DNA of 24,583 nucleotides, from positions 1-24,583 of the forward strand of contig JBHLLU010000057.1 of assembly GCA_048938895.1 (NCBI GenBank), written 5' to 3'. Below are positions 1-7,233 of this stretch, piece by piece; within the stretch, counting starts at the first letter, position 1; each line of letters opens with the position of its first letter. The DNA comes from Promethearchaeota archaeon (lineage in GTDB: Archaea; Asgardarchaeota; Lokiarchaeia; Sigyniarchaeales; SOKP01). The translations under genes and the position numbers were made by a program. The notes beneath the pieces were generated by a model. The model did not search any database, was not told the DNA's origin, and worked only from the letters and a program-made list of their open reading frames with translations.

Positions 1-1145
1 CCTGCAATAATACCACCTTGAATAGAAGCCCCTATTGCCACACATTCCATTGGATCAACAGAATGTTCTGGTTCTTTTCCAAAGAATTTTCTAAATCTTT
101 CTTGCACAGAAGGCATTCGAGTAGGACCGCCGACTAGGATTATCTTATCTACTTCATTTACAGATATTTTTGCATCAGAAACTGCTCTCCGCATTATAGG
201 GTCAAGTCTTCTAAGGGTTGGTTCAATTAATTGTTCTAATTTTGCCCTTGTAAGTTCCATAGTCAAGTGTACGGGATTACCTTCCTTCTGTGAGATATAT
301 GGTAAATTGATCGTGGTTGTTAATGTTGTAGAAAGCTCAATTTTTGCTTTTTCACCAGCATCTTTAATCCGTATCCAAGCTTTACTATCTCCCTTTAAAT
401 CAATCCCTTCTTTCTTTTTAAATTCTTCAGTAACCCAATCAATAATTGCATTATCCATATCAGTCCCTCCAAGTTGTGTATCACCTGCGGTTGACATAAC
501 TTCCACTACGCCTTCTCCGTATTCCATAAGGGTGATATCGAAGGTTCCACCTCCCAAATCAAGTACACAGATTTTTAACAATTTGTTTTTTGTATCTTTA
601 TCCAGACCATAAGCCAAACATGCTGCTGTTGGTTCATTAATCATCCGTACGACTTCAAGACCTGCAATTTCCCCGGCATTTTTAGTTGCAGTTCGTTGGG
701 CATCATTAAAATATGCAGGAACAGTTATAACTGCTTTTTTAACTTCCTCTCCTAAATAGGCTGAAGCATCAGTTTTAATTTTCTTGAGAATCATCGCGCT
801 GATCTCTTCTGGAGAAAATTCCTGGGTTTTATCCCCCACCTTTAATTTCGCTTTATATGAAGTACCCATCTTCCGCTTAATAGCTGTTATAGTACCATCA
901 GGGTTACTAACGGCTTGTCTTCGAGCGGGTTCTCCTACTATTTTACGACCACTCTCATCAAATGCAACGTAAGAAGGAAAAGCTTTTCCACCTAATGTAC
1001 GTCCTTCGGCTGCTGGGATTATTTCAGGTTGACCTGTTGCACTCAAAACAGCACAAGCACTATTCGATGTCCCTAAATCTATTCCTACAATTTTTTCTTT
1101 TCGAGCAGTTTTTTTAGGTCCTTCTTTACTTTCTTCTTCACTCAT
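1..1145 (-). CDS. dnaK: Molecular chaperone DnaK (Hsp70), 5' part; runs off the left edge of the window
   Basis: Manual minus-strand translation from ATG at 1145: [31 protein letters not shown]...[11 protein letters not shown]...TVPAYFND...INEPTAA...DLGGGTFD...LVGGPTRMP...[16 protein letters not shown]. The Hsp70 ATPase-domain signatures are present and both ends read in the same frame. Absent from the ORF track because there is no stop in the window. Confidence 0.97.
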   Translation of the reverse strand, partial: MSEEESKEGPKKTARKEKIVGIDLGTSNSACAVLSATGQPEIIPAAEGRTLGGKAFPSYVAFDESGRKIVGEPARRQAVSNPDGTITAIKRKMGTSYKAKLKVGDKTQEFSPEEISAMILKKIKTDASAYLGEEVKKAVITVPAYFNDAQRTATKNAGEIAGLEVVRMINEPTAACLAYGLDKDTKNKLLKICVLDLGGGTFDITLMEYGEGVVEVMSTAGDTQLGGTDMDNAIIDWVTEEFKKKEGIDLKGDSKAWIRIKDAGEKAKIELSTTLTTTINLPYISQKEGNPVHLTMELTRAKLEQLIEPTLRRLDPIMRRAVSDAKISVNEVDKIILVGGPTRMPSVQERFRKFFGKEPEHSVDPMECVAIGASIQGGIIA

Positions 1146-1222
1146 ATTTCACACATCCTTTATTCTAAGAATTATGAGTATTACTAAATTTCAATGGTTT
1201 TCGAATACTTAATAATTTAATG

Positions 1223-1294
1223 TTTATAAATTTGTAAATCTACAATTGCTAATTAAATATTAATTAAGATTGAATTAAAAATTTTATTTATAAA
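1223..1294. promoter_or_regulatory. Two TTTATAAA TATA-box candidates in the divergent dnaK/grpE intergenic region
   Basis: Palindromic TTTATAAA at 1223-1230 and 1287-1294 between divergent starts. The region is very AT-rich, so specificity is low. Confidence 0.3.
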
Positions 1295-1372
1295 GATCTT
1301 CAAATCATAAAAAATAAAAAATAAAATCAATTTTTCATCATATAATTTCAGTTATATTTCTTAGGGACTATA

Positions 1373-2218
1373 ATGACTGAAGAGGATAGTAATAAACCGA
1401 GTAAAACATCTCAAGGACAATCTAAGGATAACTCTAAAAGTACTGTATCTAATGAGCTTGAAGAACAAAAGGATGAAAACAATTTAGAATCTGAAGAGAA
1501 AGCAGAGGAAGTTAAACAATTAGAAGAAAAAGAACATTATGAGTTAGAATTTTTTTCCAAGGAGGAATCCCTTGAAAAAATTAGTAATTTAGAAAAGGAA
1601 CTTAAAGAGATCAAGGATAAAGCTCAAAAATTAAAGAGAGAGAACGATGAGTCAAAAAACAAGTATATGCACCTACAAGCTGAATTTGAAAATGCTCAGA
1701 AACGCTGGAACAAATCTCGACAAGATTTAAGAACTCAATATACTGCTTCTGTGCTAAAAAATTTCTTGCCGTTATATGATTCATTTAAAAAAGCCATGGA
1801 TACCGCAAGTGAAGCAGAAAAAAAAATCTTAAATGGTTTTTACACTCAATTTATGAATATCTTCAAATCCTACGGATCTCAACCAATTGAAGCTAAGGTG
1901 AATGATCCTTTTGACTATAGTTTACATGAAGCATTAACCTCAGTTGAAAGGGAAGATCTACCAGAAAATAGCATTGTTGAAATTGTACAGGATGGTTTTA
2001 AATATGATAAAGAGGTAATTCGATATACTAAAGTAGTAATCTCTAAAAAACCAAAACCACCCGAACCAGAACCAAAAAAAGAAGTAGATGAGGAAGAAAC
2101 AACTGAAGAATCGATGGCAAAAGAAGCTGAGATTGAAGAAGAATCTGAAGAGAAAAAAAGTAAAGAAAAGAAATCAAAAAAACACAACAAAGAAAAAGAT
2201 CCGGATTACATTTCCTAA
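1373..2218 (+). CDS. grpE: Nucleotide exchange factor GrpE with charged low-complexity N- and C-terminal extensions
   Basis: LQAEFENAQKR coiled coil, FLPLYDSFKKA, PFDYSLHEAL and IVQDGFKYDKEVIRYTKVVISK match the GrpE pattern. Adjacent to dnaK. Confidence 0.93.
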   Translation: MTEEDSNKPSKTSQGQSKDNSKSTVSNELEEQKDENNLESEEKAEEVKQLEEKEHYELEFFSKEESLEKISNLEKELKEIKDKAQKLKRENDESKNKYMHLQAEFENAQKRWNKSRQDLRTQYTASVLKNFLPLYDSFKKAMDTASEAEKKILNGFYTQFMNIFKSYGSQPIEAKVNDPFDYSLHEALTSVEREDLPENSIVEIVQDGFKYDKEVIRYTKVVISKKPKPPEPEPKKEVDEEETTEESMAKEAEIEEESEEKKSKEKKSKKHNKEKDPDYIS

Positions 2219-2252
2219 ATCAACTCTTTCCCTTTTAATCTGAAATTTTTAC

Positions 2253-2315
2253 GAATGAACCTAAAAGATTATAAATCTAATTTTTCTATAAAACATAGAT
2301 CCCAATCTAATTGGG
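2253..2315 (+). promoter_or_regulatory. Putative htpX promoter (BRE/TATA) with a downstream CCCAAT-N3-ATTGGG palindrome
   Basis: CCTAAAAG followed by TTATAAAT (2269-2276). A perfect inverted repeat at 2301-2315 lies near the expected transcription start. Confidence 0.4.
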
Positions 2316-2390
2316 GAATTATCTAAAAAAAAAATTAAAGATTTTACTAATTATAGGTGAAATATAATAGGATTAAGATTAGCCTCAGGA

Positions 2391-4070
2391 ATGGCTATAA
2401 CTGCCTTATTTGCACTACTGTATGCTGTAGTCTTTGTGATCGGTGTGTGGTTTCTACCCTCTAACTTTATTGGCTTAGGTCTTATGATTGGATTTACATT
2501 GCTTATAATCTTGTTTCAGTATGGTATCTCACCTTATATCATTCAATGGATTTATAGAATTGACTGGATTCCATATGAGGAGTTTGCAGCTCGCTTTCCT
2601 CATATGGCTGATTCTCTAGATAAAGTTGTGGCTTACAATGGTATAAAGATGCCTCGTTTAGGTATAATTCACGATTTAAATCCTAATGCATTTACTTTTG
2701 GTCATACTAAAAATAATGCGAGAGTGGTAATAACCGATGGGATATTAGAATACTTAGATGAGAAAGAGCAAAATGCGGTTTTCTCGCATGAATTGGGCCA
2801 CGTTGTACATTCGGATTTTATCATTATGACAATCGTTTTCGCAATCCCATTAGTTTTGTTAACAATTGCTAGATGGGCTTATTATGCAAGCTGGTTCCAA
2901 TCTGGAAGAAGAAGATCAAGTGATAATGAGGGAAATATAATTGGACTTGTATTAATTGCAATCGCGGTATTATCCTATATTAGTTATTATTTAGGATATT
3001 TAATATCACTTATTGTGAGTAGGATTCGGGAATATTATGCAGATCAACATAGTGCAGAAGTATTAGAAGATCCAAATGCATTATCAACCGGTTTAGTCAA
3101 AATAGCATACGGATTATTGGTTGATGGTGATATTAAAGAAAGAAATAAATCCCCGGTCAGAGCACTTAGAGGATTGGGTATCTTTGATCCAAACACAGCA
3201 AAAGGTTTAGGTATTATAAGTGTAACCACTACAAGCGTTTTATCGATGGATGCTATTGAAAAAGCAGCAGCATGGGATTTATATAATCCTTGGGCAAAGT
3301 ATTTTCAAATCTTTTCCACTCATCCGTTACCCGCAAGAAGAATCCAGCGATTAAATGATCAATGTGAATTATATGGTAAAAAACCTGAAATCGATTTCTC
3401 TCATGCAAAACAACTCATGCATGAACAGGCGGGAAAAACACTCTGGGATGAATTCCTCTTTGATATATTTATGAAAGCACTCCCTACATTAATTTTTCTT
3501 GCGCTTGTAGGAACAACAATTGCGTGGTTATTTAGTCTTGCTGAACTCATAACAATATCCTTTTTGAATCCAAAGACTATGTTACTGTTGTGGGCTGTAG
3601 GATTCTATATAATTGGATTTGGGTCAATAATAAAGACAAAATACATGTATAAGAGTGGTTTTTCGGCAAAACGAGTTGTAGATCTTGTCACTAATGTTAA
3701 AGCGAGTCCTATGAGGTCTGTACCTGCAATCCTGGAGGGAACCATTGTAGGAAGGGGAATTCCGGGATATTATTTTAGCGAAGATATGTATTTCCAAGAT
3801 GATACTGGGCTGATGTATGTAGATTATCGGTTTGGCATTGGTATTGTAGACCTTATCTTTTCACTAAGAACAGTGAAAAGAATTGTAGGACAGAGAGTTA
3901 GGATTAAAGGATGGTACCGAAGAGGTCCCTCACCATATATACAAGTAGACACAATTGAAACTGAGTTGGGTCGCAGACATAGAAATTATGCAAAGCACTT
4001 AAGGTATATCTGGGCAGCATTAGCATTCATTCTAGGCTTAGGTTGTCTTTATTTTTGGTTTGTAATCTAA
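2391..4070 (+). CDS. htpX: Long-form HtpX / M48 family membrane Zn metalloprotease with an extra C-terminal membrane-anchored domain (true start may be ATA at 2367)
   Basis: PNAFTFG, HELGH (HExxH), SRIREYYAD and FSTHP motifs. Multiple hydrophobic helices and a ~230 aa C-terminal extension. Confidence 0.9.
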   Translation: MAITALFALLYAVVFVIGVWFLPSNFIGLGLMIGFTLLIILFQYGISPYIIQWIYRIDWIPYEEFAARFPHMADSLDKVVAYNGIKMPRLGIIHDLNPNAFTFGHTKNNARVVITDGILEYLDEKEQNAVFSHELGHVVHSDFIIMTIVFAIPLVLLTIARWAYYASWFQSGRRRSSDNEGNIIGLVLIAIAVLSYISYYLGYLISLIVSRIREYYADQHSAEVLEDPNALSTGLVKIAYGLLVDGDIKERNKSPVRALRGLGIFDPNTAKGLGIISVTTTSVLSMDAIEKAAAWDLYNPWAKYFQIFSTHPLPARRIQRLNDQCELYGKKPEIDFSHAKQLMHEQAGKTLWDEFLFDIFMKALPTLIFLALVGTTIAWLFSLAELITISFLNPKTMLLLWAVGFYIIGFGSIIKTKYMYKSGFSAKRVVDLVTNVKASPMRSVPAILEGTIVGRGIPGYYFSEDMYFQDDTGLMYVDYRFGIGIVDLIFSLRTVKRIVGQRVRIKGWYRRGPSPYIQVDTIETELGRRHRNYAKHLRYIWAALAFILGLGCLYFWFVI

Positions 4071-4077
4071 AATCACA

Positions 4078-4086
4078 TTTTTTTTT
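4078..4086 (+). terminator. Oligo-T archaeal-type terminator candidate after htpX
   Basis: T9 run starting 8 nt after the stop codon, followed by further T-tracts. Confidence 0.4.
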
Positions 4087-4201
4087 ATACTCTAATTTTT
4101 TATTTTTAGAATGAAACCTAAAAGGTTAATAGGTTTGTTTTATTAAATAATATTAATTAGAACACCAAGATTATTGAAATAATAAAAAAGGTAAACACAC
4201 A

Positions 4202-4456
4202 ATGAGTGAAGAGCCACAGCTCCCTCCAATACCGGCTATTGGAGAGATATTAGACAGAAAGAAAAATCTAGTTGAGAGAAAACACAGTGTTATAAAATGC
4301 GGTGCTTGTAAGGCTGACTTTTCAAGAGAATTTAAACCTGGAGATTATGTATTTAAAAAGCTCTCAGATGAAAAGTGTGAAAAATGTCAAATGGGTGAAT
4401 CTCTTACAATTACAGAGATTTATTCAGAATGGGTCGATCCAAAGAAGAAATCCTAA
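4202..4456 (+). CDS. Small Zn-ribbon protein (CxxC...CxxC), hypothetical
   Basis: 84 aa with CGAC and CEKC pairs and an FKPGDYVFK segment. AAGGT SD-like site upstream. Fits between neighbours without overlap. Confidence 0.75.
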   Translation: MSEEPQLPPIPAIGEILDRKKNLVERKHSVIKCGACKADFSREFKPGDYVFKKLSDEKCEKCQMGESLTITEIYSEWVDPKKKS

Positions 4457-4461
4457 TTGTA

Positions 4462-5454
4462 TTATTTTTCAAAAAATAGTTTCAAGATTTCTCCTGCTAA
4501 AGAATAGGGATCCATTGATTTTTTAATTGCTTTTTCAATAAATTCTTCAATTTTCTCATTCGTATTAATTAATTTTTCAGCTTTTTTAGTTAATTTATGT
4601 TTTAAAATCTGAATCGTCTCATTCTTAATACGATTTTTCATGTAATTTGAAATGACTCCTGAATTTTCTAAGAATTGTCTATGATTATTTATAAGTTCAA
4701 GTAGAATATCAAAATTTTCCCCAGTTTTTGAATTAACTTTTGTGATTTCTGGAGTCCATTGATCAATTTTATCAAAAACATCACCAATACGCTTAGATTC
4801 ATATTTATATTGTTTCCTAAATTCTAACATCTGCATGATATCTGCCACTTTTTTGTCTGCACCAGCCAAATCCATTTTGTTGACCACGAAGATATCTGTA
4901 ATTTCCATTATCCCTGCCTTAATTGCTTGAACCTCGTCTCCTAATCCAGGAACAACTAATACGACCACAGTTTGAGCAGATTTAAAGATATCAACTTCAG
5001 ATTGACCAACACCAACAGTTTCAACAATAATTACATCACATCCATAAGCATCTAATATTTTAATAACATCTTCAGTTGCTCTTGCTAATCCACCAAGTTG
5101 ACCTCGATTAGCCATGCTTCTAATAAAGACATTATCAAGAGAAAAGTATTGTTTCATACGTATTCTGTCTCCTAAAAGTGCTCCCCCGGTCAAAGGAGAA
5201 GTCGGGTCAACACATATTATCCCTACTTTCATACCTAAATCAAGATAATTTTTTGTAAGGGTCGAAATAAAAGTAGATTTTCCAGTACCAGGAGCACCAG
5301 TAATACCTATAATATATGCTTTACCTGTGTGTGGATATATTGAACTTATAATCATTTCAGCAGCTTCTATATCATTTTCCGCTATGGTTATTAACCTTGC
5401 TGCTGCACGAGTATTACCATTTATTAGTTTTTCAGTTAAATCAGAGTAATCCAT
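4462..5454 (-). CDS. meaB: MeaB/ArgK family G3E GTPase, chaperone of B12-dependent acyl-CoA mutase
   Basis: GAPGTGKST (Walker A), VDPTSP, GGALLGDRIRM, ETVGVGQSE and NKMD. Starts 7 nt after the stop of the mutase small subunit. Confidence 0.95.
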   Translation of the reverse strand: MDYSDLTEKLINGNTRAAARLITIAENDIEAAEMIISSIYPHTGKAYIIGITGAPGTGKSTFISTLTKNYLDLGMKVGIICVDPTSPLTGGALLGDRIRMKQYFSLDNVFIRSMANRGQLGGLARATEDVIKILDAYGCDVIIVETVGVGQSEVDIFKSAQTVVVLVVPGLGDEVQAIKAGIMEITDIFVVNKMDLAGADKKVADIMQMLEFRKQYKYESKRIGDVFDKIDQWTPEITKVNSKTGENFDILLELINNHRQFLENSGVISNYMKNRIKNETIQILKHKLTKKAEKLINTNEKIEEFIEKAIKKSMDPYSLAGEILKLFFEK

Positions 5455-5461
5455 TATAATA

Positions 5462-5889
5462 TTATCTTTTTAAATTGTTTTTAACGAATTCAACAATTGT
5501 ATTCAAATCGGTTCCCGGTCCGTAGAAACCTCTCAATCCTTTCTCTTCTAAAAAAGGTTTATCTTCGTCAGGTATAATACCACCTACAGCAACAAGGACA
5601 TCATCAATACCTTGTTCTTCTAATTTTTCCATAATCACTGGACAAAGAGCGTTGTGAGATCCAGATAATATACTTAGCATTACAGCATCTGGATCCTCTT
5701 GGATAACTGTGTTTACAATATCATCTGGTGTTTGATGGATTCCTGTATAAATTACTTCCATCCCTGCATCTCTTAATGCCCTAGCTAGTACTTTGGCTCC
5801 TCTATCATGCCCGTTTAACTTAGAGTCTCTAAGTCTCTATCTAGTCCGGGCTTGCATACTAGAACCTTTATTTTTCTATCAACTGACAT
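5462..5889 (-). CDS. Cobalamin-binding small subunit of acyl-CoA mutase (IcmB / methylmalonyl-CoA mutase C-terminal domain type), 133 aa; join of 5889-5841 and 5814-5462, interrupted by a 26-nt putative intron
   Basis: Exon 1 encodes MSVDRKIKVLVCKPGL plus the first base of Asp. Exon 2 encodes the rest of Asp then GHDRGAKVLARALRDAGMEVIYTG...SILSGSH...GGIIP...GPGT. Joined length is 402 nt, with the KPGLDGHDRG motif restored. The ORF track found only the last 99 aa. Confidence 0.92.
5815..5840 (-). other. Putative 26-nt bulge-helix-bulge (BHB) intron in mRNA
   Basis: mRNA reads GCCCG-GACU-AG^A-UAGAG-(ACUUAGAGA)-CUCUA-AGUU-AA^A-CGGGC. This gives a 5-bp exon stem, a 4-bp central helix, two 3-nt bulges and a 5-bp intron stem. 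Cutting after the second base of each bulge removes 26 nt and restores CUA GAC GGG CAU (L-D-G-H). Confidence 0.85.
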
Positions 5890-5967
5890 TGTTATGTAGA
5901 GTAAATTATTAAATATTTTATTTATTGCGATTTAACTTGAAGTATTGACATTATAAAAACAGTTAAT

Positions 5968-7203
5968 TCATTTTGATCTTTTTTCTATTAGTTCTTTCAG
6001 TTCTTTTAGAACAGCACTTCTCACTTTATCACCACCTCTACGTGAACCTGATTTTGGAGTTTTTTCTCTTGTTGGAGGAGGTAAAGTAAATGGAATCGAT
6101 TGTTCTGGTAATATTTTAGATGATTTTATTTTATCAGTGCTTTGTTTTAAGTTTTCTAAATTTTCTACCCGTTTTTCAATAGCGCTAAACTGAAACATTA
6201 CTGCTTCTGATAACCGAATAATCCCATTCAATGTAGATTCTAAAATTGAAGCCATTCCTTCTAATTTATGATCTGACAATGTAGCTGTTTTTTCCATAGT
6301 TTCCTTTAGGTATTTTGAGAATTTAGGTTCTTTTGCTAAAACTGAATAAATTGAACTTAAATATATTTCATAATCGAATTTTTTCTTGCCAATAAATGTT
6401 TTTTTTACAAGATCCTTTACAAGTTCAATGTTTAGTAATATTTCCGGATCATCTTTCACATCAGGATCAAATTTATGGATAAAAATTAAAATATGAGGAT
6501 TTTCTTCCAGTTTTTCAAGAATATCAAGTATATTTTTAAAATATTCAATACTACTCTTGTATTTTTCTGGAGCTTGAACATCTATCACATAAATTACTAA
6601 ATCTATTTTTAAGAAATACTTATGAGGTTTTTGAAGATACATTTGTCTATATTCTTCTTGACCCCCAAAATCCCAAATTATTAAAATTAAATCACTAGTA
6701 ACAATTTCTTGACGTTCGGCACCCTTTGTTGGTTTCAATCTAGCTAAATCTTTTATTCCGATTTCACCCCCAAACTTCTTTAGTATTGTTGTTTTCCCAG
6801 CATTACTCAAGCCGACTACAATTACTTTTTGTTCCTTTTTTAAATAAGAGATTGATTCTTCTCTAATTTTGTAAATAATTTTGCTAATCGTAATTGCTTT
6901 TATTAGTTTATCTTCAATTTCTAAATCAGTTTGAAGTAAATGCTCAATTCTTTTTTTGTTTTTTTTGTCTTCATATAACTGCTTAAAAGGTTGGCTGGCA
7001 TCTAATGAATTGAATTGTCCTATATGATCAATTTGAAACAAATCAGAAATAAGAGTAGCATCTGCATCGCTTAAAAAATTAAATGAAGATATTGGGAGAT
7101 ATAAAATATCATCTATTGAAGTTATTCTATCAAAATTAACTACTTGAGATTTATCCAAAAATTTGGAAATTAATTTTATTCTTTCATTCTGCTGTTTTGG
7201 CAT
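5968..7203 (-). CDS. Arf/Rag-like small GTPase-domain protein with N-terminal extension and proline-rich/helical C-terminal tail
   Basis: G1 GLSNAGKT, G2 PTKG, G3 WDFGGQ, G4 HKFD, G5-like SSI. Confidence 0.85.
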   Translation of the reverse strand: MPKQQNERIKLISKFLDKSQVVNFDRITSIDDILYLPISSFNFLSDADATLISDLFQIDHIGQFNSLDASQPFKQLYEDKKNKKRIEHLLQTDLEIEDKLIKAITISKIIYKIREESISYLKKEQKVIVVGLSNAGKTTILKKFGGEIGIKDLARLKPTKGAERQEIVTSDLILIIWDFGGQEEYRQMYLQKPHKYFLKIDLVIYVIDVQAPEKYKSSIEYFKNILDILEKLEENPHILIFIHKFDPDVKDDPEILLNIELVKDLVKKTFIGKKKFDYEIYLSSIYSVLAKEPKFSKYLKETMEKTATLSDHKLEGMASILESTLNGIIRLSEAVMFQFSAIEKRVENLENLKQSTDKIKSSKILPEQSIPFTLPPPTREKTPKSGSRRGGDKVRSAVLKELKELIEKRSK

Positions 7204-7233
7204 CTAGATTCAGTTTTAAAATTAAATATTAGA

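Noticed and set aside
307-972. Plus-strand ORFs 307-612 and 784-972
   Set aside because: Antisense shadows of dnaK.
1250-1266. TAATTAA-N3-TTAATTA palindrome between dnaK and grpE as a heat-shock operator
   Set aside because: It is AT-only in a very AT-rich region, expected by chance, and does not match CIRCE.
1915-4526. ORFs 1915-2190 (-), 3044-3229 (-) and 4302-4526 (+)
   Set aside because: Antisense or alternate-frame overlaps of grpE, htpX and the Zn-finger/meaB genes, with no recognisable motifs.
5815-5840. Programmed frameshift, stop readthrough or selenocysteine/pyrrolysine recoding as the explanation for the break
   Set aside because: The stop is TAA, there is no slippery heptamer, and any recoding would leave about 8 extra residues inside the DxHxxG motif.
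5815-5840. Same length (26 nt) as the mammalian XBP1 unconventional intron
   Set aside because: XBP1 is cut by IRE1 at two stem-loops, not at a BHB. The length match is treated as coincidence; only RtcB-type ligation would be shared.
5462-5889. Mutase small subunit as a pseudogene, or as a 99-aa protein starting at ATG 5761
   Set aside because: The 99-aa ORF lacks the essential DxHxxG motif. Both flanks are otherwise intact and the only lesion coincides exactly with canonical BHB cut sites. A pseudogene remains possible but is less parsimonious.
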